Source: Felis catus (Eukaryota). Taken from it: a stretch of DNA of 64,000 nucleotides. The DNA is taken from positions 89,592,001 through 89,656,000 of the forward strand of contig NC_058368.1 of assembly GCF_018350175.1 (NCBI RefSeq). Reading direction: 5' to 3'. A program made the position numbers and the translations under genes. The notes below the pieces were generated by a model that was not told where the DNA came from, searched no databases, and saw only the letters and a list, made by a program, of their open reading frames with translations. How positions within the stretch are numbered: position 1 is the first letter of the stretch; every line of letters starts with the position of its first letter. Positions 1 to 12,840 of the stretch are shown piece after piece.

Positions 1-1499
1 TGTGGTGTTTCACAAGGATCGACAGCTGTCTAAAGCCATGCTCACACCTCTACACACAGAAGACTTCTACCCTGAATGCATCCTTGGATGTGCTATGAGG
101 GTCAACTTCTCAGTAAAAATCCATCTATACTCACAGCACAGAAAACACTTCTCCCCTAAGTGTGACCTCTGATTTCTGCAAAGATTTGACTTCCAACTGC
201 AGCTTCACCCACACTCAAGGCACACGCAGGGCCGCTCCCTCACATGCATCCCCTGGGGTCTCCAGAGGGATGACTCGTTGCCAAAGCCTGCCCATAAGGG
301 CTTCTCCTCTGAGTGTGCCCCATACAAGGGAGGTTTAACTGCTGGCTAAGATCCCTTTCACACTCTGCCCAACTGACTGGTCCACATCCTGAAAAGTCTA
401 CCCCCTTCAGCCCTCTGTCTCCTCAGGGATTGCCCTCTTTACCAGGCTGGGCTCTGTGCCTGCCACTCTGCTTATCTAGTTCCTTCCCTAAGGTGTAGAG
501 GCTACCCCAGGGCTGGGCTGCAAAGTGCTGCTAGGACCCTCTGCTTTTACTTGTCCTCCATAACAAGGACTCGGTGTCTTCTGTCTCATGTGCTTCTGCT
601 TGGCCACTCTAGCGGGTTTGTGCAGAAAGTTGTTGTTCTTGTGCCTTTGGATCCTCTTGGCAAATATCCCCTGGCTGAAGGTGGTTTCCTGCACCCAAGA
701 CTGGGACGATCCTAGGGGGATGGCTGAGCCAAACATTTTGGCTGAGGAAAGGTTGACTGCAGAAAGCCAGAGGGCAATCAACAAAAAAATGGATTTCTGG
801 CTTGGTTCTGCTCAAGAGAAAGCAGTTTTTGTCAGAGCGGTCCTAGATGAAGCAGCCACTCCTCCGATCTGAAGACTTGCCCCTCCAAAACACACGTGGC
901 AGGTTTCCAACAAAAGCTCTGTATCCCACCAATAAATCCTCTACAAAAATGATTTTTCTTTCCTCTTTTACCCATAACCGAAACCCAGAAAATTCATACC
1001 AGTAGAGTTTCTAAGTGTTAGTCAGACTGGGAATCTTTCACGTAAGCAGCAGAAGCCATTCTATAAATAGCTGTAATTATAGTCAGCCTTTTTGCCCTGC
1101 TACACTTATTTTATGATATAAATATCTGACACACTGTTTTCTCCTATTGAAGATAACTTCCTTATAAAAACAGTGACTGAGTGGCACAAAAGTTGCTTGG
1201 TCTGGAGGGACAATCTCCCCTCAAATATAATGTGTAAACTAAACCTGAATTGAAGTGTCCAGCCTCAAAACAATGTGAGGACCACTGAGGACATGTGGAC
1301 ATTCAAAAGACAGAGATGGTCCAGGGCCTGATTACTGAAAGGATTTGACTTCAGATGCCCACAGCAATTCTAAGACTCTTCTCCAATTTTTTACAAATCA
1401 AAAATTAAAAATCCAGCATTCCAGACTAGAACCTGGTCATAATGTGTGCCAATTCATATTGGATGAATAGGGGTTTCTGTTCTGTTTATTGCTTTTGCT

Positions 1500-1695
1500 T
1501 TTAAGTTTTTATTTAAATTCCAGTTAATATACAGTGTTTCAGATGTACAATATAGTGATTCAACACTTACATACAACACCCAGTGCTCATCACAAGTACC
1601 CTCTTTAATGCCCGTCACGTATTTCACCCATCCTGCCATGGCTCTCTACTTTGGTAACCATCACATTGTTCTCTACAATTAAGAGTCTGTTTCCT
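1500..1695 (-). mobile_element. L1 3' UTR fragment (carnivore type)
   Basis: TTTTTATTTAAATTCCAGTT...ACAACACCCAGTGCTCATCACA is a typical antisense L1 3' end. Confidence 0.8.
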
Positions 1696-1697
1696 GA

Positions 1698-1962
1698 GGG
1701 GGCACCTGGGGGGCTTAGTGAGTTAAGCATCTGACTTCAGCTCAGGTCGTGATCTCACAGTCCATGAGTTTGAGCCCCACATCAGACTCTGTGCTGACAG
1801 CTCAGATTCTGTGTCTTCAGATTCTGTGTCTTCAGATTCTGTGTCTCCCTCTCTCTCTGCCCCTCCCCCACTCACACTCTGTCTCTCTCTCTCTCTTTCT
1901 GTCTCTCTCTCTCTCTCTCTCTCTCAAAAATAAATAAAACATTAAAAAAGTTAAAAAAAAAA
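1698..1962 (+). mobile_element. CAN-SINE with an internal 15-bp triplication
   Basis: GGGGCACCTGGG head, (CT)n tract, AATAAA/A tail. CAGATTCTGTGTCT(T/C) occurs three times at 1803-1847. Confidence 0.9.
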
Positions 1963-2014
1963 GTTAACACTCTGAATACTTACTATATACCAAAGACTGT
2001 TCGGTCACTGTACG

Positions 2015-2335
2015 TGGCTTGCCTCATTCAGGCCTCTGAACAGTCCTATTTACCATCCACTCTTTACAGATAAAGAAACCAAGCACAGTTAAAGTCATGT
2101 ATCTTGTTCAAATTAGTTTAGCTAAAAAGTGGCTGAGCTCTGTAAAAGGCCATGCACTTAACCTGTCAACCTATGAGCCAGTCCTTAAGTAAGGTTGGCG
2201 GTTTGGATACAAGGTTGGCCATGCATGAGTTGATAAGTGTAGGGTCTGGGAGATAGAGTCATAAGGAGACCTTCTATTATTTTCTCTACTAAAGTGAATG
2301 TTTGAATGTTTTCCATAATATAAGGTTAAAAATAA
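2015..2335. mobile_element. MIR fragment followed by an old L1M 3' end
   Basis: TTTACAGATAAAGAAACC resembles the MIR core; ATGTTTGAATGTTTTCCATAATAA resembles an L1MC/MD tail. Confidence 0.55.
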
Positions 2336-2999
2336 AGGTTCCAATGCCTGAAGTCTACCAGTGATGCCTGTATTTGTAAATCAGGTGCCATCTAACAGCC
2401 ACCAGGGGCTGTGACAAAGAGGCCTGGACCCAGGGGCCACCACCCTACCTCCCCCACCCAGCCACCACCAACCTCACAGTCCTAACCCTGGGAGTGGCCA
2501 GTTAATTAAGAGCCACTGTCTAAAGCAGAACCAGGCAAACCAACTGGTCATCCAGGTTTCCAGCCAAACCCAAAGACGTTTGAACCATGCCAATATCCCC
2601 CACCAGCAACAAACCATGGGACAGCAAGCCGGGAGAAAGAGAAGTTGCCCTGATCACCCAAAAACACGCGTGTAAAGGGACCTACTCCCACCCCAACCCA
2701 TTCGCACCTGGGAATATTCAGCAGTTTCCTCTAAGCCAAACTTTGTTCCACTCTCCAAAATCCCCTTTGTTCCAATCCCAAAATCTCCATGACCAAACAG
2801 CACCCCTTTCCCAGTGCGACGGGCCCAGCCAGCTTCTGCCGAACACCTTGACATCAGTCAGGTTAGAGCTCCACCACCACCACACCGCCCAGGTTTCACG
2901 CACCTCCCCTCCCACAGGAGTCACAGCGCCCCTAACCACCACCAGGGGATGTTTGCTCCCAAACCAAGACTATGTCAACACCACAAAACCCCTAAGGTC

Positions 3000-4950
3000 T
3001 TCCAACTTAAGCCCCAAATACCACGTGAAGAGAGAACTAGAGACGTGCCACCACTGCCACCACTACAGTGGCCTAGAATGGTCCCGCACGCCACCCGGCC
3101 TCAAAAGAAAAGCGTGGCTCCGCAATCCTGGGGCCCCTGCCGGGGCCGGAGACGTGCCCTGCAACCCTAGGATTCACCGCCGAGCCTCACATCACCCCTT
3201 ATTCATTCCTCTAATTCACTCCTCAAATTCATTCCTCCAGCTGCGAGTTGTTTACCCACCCACACCCACAAATAAAAAGAACAATTTGGGAAAGCAACCC
3301 TAAGCCTTGCCAGAGACCCAACCCTAGCCACTCCCAACTATCTTCCCCTTCCCCCAGACTCACTCCCGCCACACGGCCAAAGGCTGGGTGGGCCAGCACC
3401 CATCACTGCCCTGCTTTCCAAGGGACCAGGACCACAGTACCCAGAATCCTTTGAGCACAGGGATTGCCGCCGGCGCCGCGGAAAAGACAAAGCCACGCCC
3501 CCTGAACCACAGCCACTGGTGGCTCATCCGCTGTTTTTTCTAAACACGGCCGGGGTAGGCTCTCAGTGAAGCTCCGCCTCTTCTTACCCCTTCTCGGCAC
3601 AGACTACACTCCCCAGGGGCCCTTGCGGTCGCTTCCATCTGCCAGGCTTTGGGCGGACGTGTCCAGCGCGCCTGCGCAGGCGCCTTCTCCAACAAGGCGA
3701 CGGGGTTGGTTAAATTTGTTCCGGATTACCTCGGGGTGGGTCTTGAACCTCCCTATTAGCCCCATGGGCTGCCACGTTACTTCCGGAAACTGAGGTTGGA
3801 AAAGGTAAAGCTGCATGGTCGAGGTCAGCCATTACAAGGTAGACCCAGGACGAAGAGCCCACTCTCTTGGCGCGCGAAGTGTTTTTTCGAAGGACCCACT
3901 GTTGGTGCCACTCAACCCAGCTTCTGGGAGCGGGGACTCACTCTCCCTGAGAAGTGGACTATGCTGGTGCCCTCCGCCACCCTCCCCAATTCCGAAGCTG
4001 GAGACTGGTCCTCTCTTCAGTGCTTGGGAGGGTGATCCATGCAAGTACCCCAGGTCTGCCTTCTCTCGGAGAAACCCGGATAATGGCCATAAGGGCCTCT
4101 GAGGGCCAGCTTCCCTGAAATAACTTCCTGTCGTGCCTATCTCGCAATAGGCCCTTTGCCGCCTCTTAGCCTGGAGGCAGGGTTATTGGTACTGGACAAA
4201 GACAGCCCCTAAAGGGATAACCCACCCGGAGTCGACTCAGAACGGCCTCTAGTCCCTGCGGTCTCTCAGCCAGACAGTTATCCACTCTGATAATCCACCG
4301 GTCAGGGAACGAAGCGGGGCCTGAGCCCAGGCCCTCTGAGAGGAGACCCAACACTGCAGAATGGGGTGAAGTAGAATGTGTAGGGAAGAGAGCCTGGGGA
4401 CAGAGGCGAGAATGGGAGGAGTCTGGAGCCTGGAACGAGGGCAGGCAAGTCAGACCATCTGTGGTTCCAACCGTATTGCGTCCAGCATTAGCAGAACCCC
4501 AGCTATTTGATGCCCCCCATGATCTCCGCCACGCTGCCCATCTCAGAGCTCGCTGGCACCCCCCACCCGGCCCTTCCCAGCTCGCGCACCTGGCGGCCTC
4601 GGACTCAGACCCAGGCAGGACCCCAGGGAGACTTCATTTCTTCCAGGACCAGTGCACAGCAGAGCGGAGCCGAGGTCGGGCAGCTGCGGGAAAGGGGGGA
4701 TGGGGGCGTGATCGCTCCACTCAGATCCTGCTGCCCTCTTCCCATACTGAAGAGGTCCGAGTGCAGACCCCCAACCCTTTGGTTGCCCCTCATAACCTCC
4801 TGATAACAGAGCCTCATCTGCACCCTTGACTGGGCCCACTTGAGGCCCTGTAGACAGAGCTCCTGGAGCGCTGCCCTGCACACGACCCCTGGGGGCGCCC
4901 CCCAGAGCTGGCAGGTGGGGTACTGGGGTTCTTTCCTGAGACTTGCCCTA
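3000..4950. promoter_or_regulatory. CpG island / housekeeping-type, possibly bidirectional promoter
   Basis: CpG-rich. ZNF143/THAP11-like ACTACACTCCCCAG at 3603-3616, palindromic double NRF1 site GCGCCTGCGCAGGCGC at 3668-3683, ETS palindrome TTCCGGAA at 3781-3788, and E2F-like TTGGCGCGCGAA at about 3867-3878. Confidence 0.8.
3588..3700 (-). other. Candidate non-coding first exon of a minus-strand gene continuing off the left edge
   Basis: Consensus donor GG|GTAAGA on the minus strand (plus-strand TCTTACC 3582-3588) just downstream of the promoter motifs. An alternative donor GA|GTGAGT lies at about 3358-3364. The 5' boundary is uncertain. Confidence 0.45.
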
Positions 4951-5198
4951 GGTACTCTAGGGACCGTGAGCAGAAGGCGCGGACATGTCCCCTTTGCAGG
5001 CTCAGGGTCCCCGCCTGAGATGTAACTGACCAGAGATGTAACTGACCAGGGTTGAAAAAACGACTTAAGAAACCAGAGTCTTCGCCTGTGGGTATTAATG
5101 CTGTTTACTTATTCTCTGTAAACCCTGCTTGGAACTTTTCAGTCCTGGCTCAGAAAGGCAGCTGGAGAGTGTACAACCGCAGGACATTGACAGGGGAA

Positions 5199-5214
5199 CA
5201 GCGCCCCCTTGTGG
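5199..5214 (-). promoter_or_regulatory. CTCF-like motif
   Basis: Minus strand reads CCACAAGGGGGCGCTG, a close match to the CTCF core. Confidence 0.65.
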
Positions 5215-5744
5215 TTAATGTTTGGTTACTTCGAAGATAATGAGAAAACCTCACAAAATGGTGAAACTCGTAATTGGAGAATCACAGAAACAGCTGGGTT
5301 TATGAGTAGTGTAGGAACAAATTAGAACAATGGAACATTGTTTCTCCTACCAGACTGGGAAGTGTTATAAAAATAGAAAACACCCATCATAAATTGCCAG
5401 ATGGGAGATTAAAAATGAGATGCTCTCCCTGGGAACCTTTTGGAACAAGGAATCAAAAAGCTTAGAAGTGCAACCACTTTGATCTAGCTATTCCTTTTTT
5501 AGGGATTAATCCTTAAATTTCTGACAAGCAGGAAAGGGGGTAGTAAAGGATTACACAGAATCATTGGTTATCATAGCAAAATTAAGAAAAACATGCAATT
5601 GTTTAAACGCATTAAATAAGATCCATATAATGGACCACTATGCAATTATTTAAAATGGTGCTGTGAGTATTTTGTCATTGAAACGGCTACAAACATTGAA
5701 ATGGCTAAATTAACTGGAAACAGGGTTTAAAAGAATACATACAG

Positions 5745-6155
5745 TTTGTAACAAGCGAGGTCCTTCAGAGCAGATGATGGAGAGACCATGGGTAGGAAGG
5801 GAAGCAATTAGGGATAAACGTCTATGAAAGCAAGGAAAAGTGGGTTTGGGTAGAGGGAAAAGTCAAACCATAATGCAGGGCTAACAAAACCTCAGCCAGC
5901 TGACAGGGACTCCAGAACAAGCGGGATCCATCAGAGTTAGGTGGGTCAACACCAGGTGACCAGATCTTTATACCCATACCTCTCCCAGGCACAGGAAGGT
6001 GCTGCCAGGGAAGAGCCTGACCTCAGGAGGCATCTCTCTGCAGCCGAAGCCAACTGCTGAAACCCATAGCCTGGGGGTGTCCACTAAACAAACTCCTCCC
6101 AGGTGAGTGACAAGTCCTCCTTGATAGGTAGTAGACATCTCTGCATGCACCACAC
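5745..6155. mobile_element. LTR16-like ERVL solo LTR
   Basis: Motifs such as TCTCTGCAGCCGAAGC, ACAAGTCCTCCTTGA and terminal CACCACA resemble LTR16. Confidence 0.5.
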
Positions 6156-6284
6156 CCTATATCTTTGTATATATGATATATGTGTTTTCAGAAAATAAAT
6201 GACACCTGTCTACACCCATGGGGAAAAAAATCTGAAGAAAAATAAACTGTTTTTGTAGAACAACTGCCAAAAAGTGAAGAGCCC

Positions 6285-6712
6285 TGGTGATGGTTAATTT
6301 CATGTGTCAATTCACCTGGCCATGGGGTGCCCAGATTAAACATTGTTTCTGAATGTGTCTGGGAACATGTGTGTTTCTGGATTAGATTTACATTTGAATC
6401 AGCAGACTCAGTGAAGTAGATTGCCCTCCCCCATGTGGGTGGGCATCATACAATCCCTTCAGGGCCTTGCTGGAGCAAAAAGCAGAGGAACGAGGAATTC
6501 ACCCCTTTTCTACCATATTGCTTGAGCTAAGGCATGTATCTTCTGCCCTCAGGGCTCCTGGTTCACAGACCTTCAGACCTAGACTGGAATCTGCACCATT
6601 GGCTTCCTTGGTTCTCAGGCCTTGAGAGTCCAACTAAATTACACCACCAGCTTTCCTGGGTCTCCAGTTTGCAGATGGCAGATCTTGGGATTCTGCAAAC
6701 TCCATAATTAAG
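6285..6712 (+). mobile_element. MLT2-like ERVL LTR
   Basis: TGATGGTTAATTTCATGTGTCAA start, GATTGCCCTCCCC, and CACCACCAGCTTTCCTGGGTCTCCAG. Confidence 0.8.
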
Positions 6713-7388
6713 TAAGCATCTTACTCTTGATTTGGCTCAGGTCATAATCTCATGGTTTGTGAGTTTGAGCCCCAGGTCAGGCTCTACGCACTGACATCAC
6801 GGACTCAGCTTGGGATTCTCTCTCTCTCCCTTTCTCTGCCCTTCCCCAACTCACGTTCTCTCTGTCTCTCTCAAAATAAACTTTAAAAAAAACCCACAAA
6901 TTTGTTACCACACAGTCTGGAGGTCAGCATTCTTAGACTTGTCTTACAAAACTAAAATCAGTTGTCAGCAGGGCTGTGTTCCTTCTGAAAGATCTAAAGG
7001 AAAACCCATTCTCTTTCCTTTCCAGCTTCAAGAGGCTATCTGAATTCCTCCACTCTTGGCTCCTTGCACCTTTGAAGCCCAACACCTACATCACCCCAAC
7101 ATCTGCTTCCAGTGTCATCCAGTGACTTCTCCTTCTCTGACTCTGACCTCACTCTCTTGCCTCCCTCTTTTTCCTGTTGGGACTCTTTATATGTTTATTT
7201 ATTTTTGAGAGAGAGTGTGTGCAAGCAGGGGAGGGGCAGAGAGAGAGAGGGAGACAGAGAATCCCAAGCAGACTCCACACTGTCAGCACAGAGCTGGATG
7301 CGGGACTCGAACCCACCAATGGCGAGATCATGACCTGAACCAAAATCAAGAGCCGGTCACTTAACTGACTGAGCCACCCAGGGGCCCC
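6712..7388. mobile_element. CAN-SINE (+, 6712-6893), MLT1-like fragment (about 6900-7180), CAN-SINE (-, 7188-7388)
   Basis: SINE body and tail motifs; MaLR-like CAGTCTGGAGGTCAG...GTCAGCAGGGCTGTGTTCCTTCTG. Confidence 0.75.
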
Positions 7389-8216
7389 AGGACAAACCAA
7401 ATTTTAAACGCAAAAGTCGTTTATTAACCATGTAATAAATTTTTAAACTCATAAAAAGCATGAGAGGCAAAAATATAACGTGGGAAGAAAAGATAGACTG
7501 GGGAAAATGGGTATATGTGTATGTCAGGTACGTGGATAATATCAATAATATACAGCATACGGATCTTTCAAATTGAAAACAAAAGAGAAAAGCAGTCAAA
7601 GCATCTGGGTATCCTATTCACAGAGGAGCTCAACAAAATAACAAGCACATATCTGAAAAGGACTTTCCTACTAGTGGAGAAATGCAAGTTGAAATTAGGA
7701 TAAAATGATGAGACATCACCTTACGTAAGCCTATCAAACTGATACAAAATGAAAAAGCATAAAGACCCATATGGCAAGTGGTGATGCAGTGGTGTGCAGT
7801 CAAGTGTACTCTCCCATATTGAAGGTGCAATTGTAAAATGGAAAGCAATCTGGAAATAGAAATTAACACTTAAAATATAGAAAATAACGTGCTCAACCAT
7901 CACACTCCTAGAAAGCTATTCCATAGTAGTCATAGGTAAGGAGTACACACAAGGATATTTCTTCAACACTGGCCACTGAGATGCCAAAGAATGGAAAGGG
8001 AGGGAGAGGGGAGGGAAAGAATACAGGTAGGATAGATATTATTTCTTCTTTAAATGAAACTACTTGAATCTGGAAATTTTGTGAGGATGTTTATAATTAT
8101 AAATGTAATATCTTCAGTAGATTGTAGAACTATATGGACTTTTCTTTTTTCCCTTGTGTCAGTTTTTGGGGAGGGTTGAAGTTGGTTGTTTTTTGTTTGT
8201 TTGTTTTGTGTTTTGT

Positions 8217-9200
8217 TTTTTTTTTTAAGAGAGCTCACAAGCATGGGAAAGGGACAGAGAGAGAAGGAGACCGTCTCAAGCAGGCTCCACACCCAGATCA
8301 GAACCCAGAGCTTGATCTCATATCCCTGAGATCATGACCTGAGCCAAAATCAAAAGTTGGATACACCCAGGCCTCCCTTGTCAGTTTTGATCTAGACAGC
8401 ACCTTGGTGCATTTATTGATACATTCCAAGTAAGAGTTGTAATTTTATTGTTTTTTTCTATCCTTCATCTCTATTTCTTTTAATTTCTACTTTAATCTTT
8501 ATAATTTCTTTTCTTTTACTTGCTTGGCATTTAGTTTGCCTTCTTTTGCTAACTTCCTAAGGTGGGAGCTTTGATCATTTCTTTTTTCCCAATATAAGCA
8601 TTTTAAGTTATAAATTTCCCTCAATGCTTTAACCGCATTCCACAAATTTCAGTATGTTAAGTTTTCATTGGGTCTAAACTATTTTCTCATTTACCCTGTG
8701 ATTTCTTCCTCAACCCATGGGTTATTTTCTAGTGAGTTTTGCAATTTCCAAATGTTCTTTGCTTTTCTTGGATTTTTTTGTAGGATTTCAATTGCTTGGA
8801 GTCTCAAGACTTGTTTATGGCCTGCCATATGGTCTGTATTGCTGAATGACACATGTGCGCTTGAAAAACATGTGTATTCTGCAGTCCTTGAAGATATTGT
8901 TGTAGAAATGAATGTGAATTCAGGTAATGGATGCTGTCACTGTGACCTACCATATACTTCATAGTTTTGTACCTTGTTCTACTGTTTAAAGTCTGCAATT
9001 ATAATTGTGAATTTATTTATTTCTCCCTTAATTTTTCAGGTTTTTATGTATTTTAAAGCTCTATGATTATATGTATATATATTTAAAACTGTTATATCTT
9101 CCTAATGAACTGACTCATTATTATGGAGTGTCCTTCTTTGTCTGTAGGACAACTCTTGGCTATAAATCTACCTTGTTTTAACTACACCCTGACCTATTTT
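8217..9200 (-). mobile_element. Truncated CAN-SINE (8217-8376) followed by an old antisense L1 ORF2 fragment
   Basis: SINE motifs; TGTGCGCTTGAAAAACATGTGTATTCTGC resembles the antisense L1 endonuclease region. Confidence 0.7.
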
Positions 9201-9307
9201 CTCTCTCAGTGGGGCTCTGCCTCTGTTTCTATCTCTTTCATTCACTTTTCTTGCATTTTGTTTTTACACTTTGCAATTATAATAATTAAGAATTAATCAG
9301 AAATTAA

Positions 9308-9512
9308 TGGGCACCTGGGTGGCTCAGTTCATTATTAAGTGTCCAACTTTGGCTTCAGTCATGATCTCATGGTTCATGGGTTGGAGCCCCACGTTGGGCT
9401 CTCTGCTATCACTACAAAGCCATCTTTGGATCCTCTGTCCACTTCCCTCTCTGCATCTCCTGCACTCATGCTCTCTGTCTCTCTCTCTCTCTCTCAAAAA
9501 TAATAAACATTT
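9308..9512 (+). mobile_element. CAN-SINE whose tail is interrupted by an L1
   Basis: The tail motif TAATAAACATT at 9501-9511 recurs at 12839-12849. Confidence 0.85.
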
Positions 9513-12500
9513 TCCAAAACCAGAGACTCCACTAAAAAGAACTATAGACCAATTTCCCTGATGAACATGGATGCAAAAATCCTCAACAAGATATTAGCCA
9601 ACTGGATCCAACAATACATTAGAAAAATTATTCACCATGACCAAGTCTGATTTATACCTGGGATGCAGGGCTGGTTCAATATCTGAAATACAATCAATGT
9701 GATTCATCACATCAATAAAAGAAAGGACAAGAACCACTTGATCCTCTCAATAGATGCAGAGAAAGCATTTAACAAAATACGGCATCCTTTCCTGATAAAA
9801 ACTTTCAAGAAAGTAGGGATAGAAGGATCATACCTCAAGATCATAAAAGCGATATATGAAAGACCCAACGCTAATATCATCCTCAATGGGGAAAAACTGA
9901 GAGCTTTCCCCTTAAGGTCAGGAACAAGACAGGGATGTCCACTCTCGCCACTGTTATTCAACATAGTATTGGAAGTCTTAGTCTCAGCAATCAGACAACA
10001 CAAAAAAATAAAAAGCATCCAAATCGGCCAGAAGGAGGTCAAACTTCCACTCTTCACAGATGACATGATAGTCAATATGATAAGCCCAAAAGATTCCACC
10101 AAAAACTTGGGAATGCAAGCTGGTGCAGCCACTCTGGAAAACAGTATGGAGGTTCCTCAAAAAACTAAAAATAGAACTACCCTATGACCCAGCAATTGCA
10201 CTACTGGGCATTTAGCTACGGGATACAGGTGTGCTGTTTCAAAGGGACACATGCACCCCAATGTTTATAGCAGCACTATCAACAATAGCCAAAGTATGGA
10301 AAGAGCCCAAATGTCCATTGATGGATGAATGGATAAAGAAAATGTGTGTGTGTGTGCATATGTGTGTGTGTGTGTGTGTGTGTGTGTATGCGTATATATA
10401 TGTATATGTGTATATGTATGTATATATCTATATATGCGTATATATATACGCACACACACACACACACACACACACAATGGAGTATTACTTGGCAATCAAA
10501 AAGAATGAAATCTTGCCATTTACAACTACATGAATGGAACTGGAGGGTATTATGCTAAGTGAAATTAGTCAGAGAAAGACAAAAATCATATGACTTCACT
10601 CATATGAGGACTTTAAGAGACAAAACAGATGAACATAAGGGAAGGGAAACAAAAGTAATATAAAACATAAAAACAAAAAATATATAAAAAAACAAAAACA
10701 AAATATAAAAACAGGGAGGGGGACAAAACAGAAGAAACTCATAAATATGGAGAACAAACTGAGGGTTACTGGAGGGATTGTGGAAGGGGGGATGGGCTAA
10801 ATGGGTAAGGGGCATTAAGGAATCTACTCCTGAAATCATTGTTTTACTATATGCTAACTAATTTGGATGTAATTTTTAATAAATAAAAAATTAAATTAAA
10901 AAAATAAAGTAAAATAAATGTTCACACTATAAATGCTATAAAAAAAAAAAGATTCCACCAAAAAACTGCTAGAACTGATCCAGGATATAAAATGCACAGA
11001 AATCGGTTGCATTCCTACACACCAACAATGAAGCAACAGAAAGAGAAATCAAGGAATCAATCCCATTTACAATTGCACCAAAAACCATAAAGTACCTAGG
11101 AATAAATCTAACCAAAGAGATGAAAACCTATATGCTGAAAACTATAGAAAGCTTATGAAAGAAATTGAAGAAGACAAAAAAAAAGGAAAAATATCCCGTG
11201 CTCCTGGATAGAAAGAACAAATACTGTTAAAATGTCGATATTATCCAAAGCAATCTACATATTCAATGCAATCCCTATCAAAATAACACCAGCATTCTTC
11301 ACAGAGCTAGAACAAACAATCCTAAAATTTGTATGGAACCAGAAAAGGCCCTGAATAGCCAAAGCAACCTTGAAAAAGAAAACCAAAGAAGGAGGCATCA
11401 CAATCCCAGACTGCGTGCTGTGATACAAAGCTGTAATTATCAAGACAGTATGGTACTGGCACAAGAACAGACACTCAGATCAATGGAAGAGAATAGAGAA
11501 CCCAGAAATGGACCCACAAATGTATGGCCAACTCATCTTTGACAAAGCGGGAAAGAATATCCAATGGAATAAAGACAGTCTCTTCAGCAACTCGTCCTGG
11601 GAAAACTGGACAGCAACCTGCAAAAAATGAACCTGGACCACTTTCTTACACCATACACAAAAAAAACCCTCAAAATGGATGAAAGACTTCAATGTAAGAC
11701 AGGAAGCATCAAAATCCTCGAGGACAAAGCAGGCAAAAACCTCTTTGACCTTGGCCATAGCAACTTCTTAGTCAACACGTCTCCGGAAGCAAGGGAAACA
11801 AAAGCAAACATGAACTACTGGGACCTCATCAAAATAAGAAGCTTCTGCACAGCAAAGGAAACAATCAGCAAAACTAAAAGGCAACCAACAGAATAGGAGA
11901 AGATATTTGGAAACGACATATCAGATAAAGGGTTAGTGCCCAAAATCTATAAAGAACTTATCAAACTCAACACCCAAAAAACAAATAATCCAGTGAAGAG
12001 ATGGGCAAAAGACATGAATAGACACTTCTCCAAAGAAGACATCCAGAGGGCCAACCAACGCATGAAAAAATGCTCAACATCACTCATCATCAGGGAAATA
12101 CAAATCAAAACCACAATGAGATCCCACCTCACACCTGTCAGAATGGCTAACATTAACAACACAGGCAACAACAGATGTTGGCGAGGATGCAGAGAGAGAG
12201 GATCTCTTTTGCACTGCTGGTGGGAATGCAAGCTGGTGCAGCCACTCTGGAAAACAAATGGAGGTTCCTCAAAAAATTAAATAGAACTACCCTAAATACT
12301 AGGTATTTATCCAAGGGATACAGGTATGTTGTTTCGAAGGGGCACATGCACCCCAATGTTTGTAGCAGCACTATCAATGATAGCCAAAGTATGGAAAGAG
12401 CCCAGATGCCCCTTGATGGATGAATGGATAAAGAAGATGTGGTATATATATACAATGGAGTATTACTCAGCAATCAAAAAGAATGTAATCTTGCCATTTG

Positions 12501-12840
12501 CAACTATGTGGATGGAGCTGGAGTGTATTATGCTAAGTGAAATTAGTCAGAGGAAGACAAATATCATATGACTTCACTCATATGAGGACTTTAAGATGCA
12601 GAACAGATGAACATAAGGGAAAGGAAGCAAAATAATATAAAAACAGGGAGGGGGACAAAACATAAGAGACTTTTACATATGGAGAACAAACAGAGGGTTA
12701 CTGGAAGAGTTGTGGAAGGAGGATGGGCTAAATGGGTAAAGGCATTAAGGAATCCACTCCTGAAATAATTGTTGTACTATATGCTAACAGATGTAAATTT
12801 AAAAAATAAAACAATAAAAATAAATAAAATTTAAAAAGTA
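9513..12840 (+). mobile_element. 5'-truncated L1 (RT region to 3' UTR) containing a nested L1 3' fragment
   Basis: ORF2 peptides [35 protein letters not shown] and CWRGC..HCWWEC, with multiple stops and frameshifts and an A-rich tail. Confidence 0.95.
10106..10950 (+). mobile_element. Nested L1 3' fragment with microsatellite expansion (10343-10476)
   Basis: Flanked by the TSD AAAAGATTCCACCAAAAA (10088-10105 and about 10947-10964). Confidence 0.9.

Noticed and set aside
2587..3303. 238-aa plus-strand ORF
   Set aside because: Pro/His/Thr-rich translation of the C-rich CpG-island flank with no recognisable domain, and it lies upstream of the promoter core on that strand. Probably a chance ORF.
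1..4950. Assigning a gene symbol to the gene at the left-hand CpG island
   Set aside because: No recognisable coding exon is present in the window, so any name would be a guess.
9699..12571. ORFs encoding reverse-transcriptase and zinc-knuckle peptides
   Set aside because: Fragments of LINE-1 ORF2 with stops and frameshifts; not host genes, retrons or a novel RT system.
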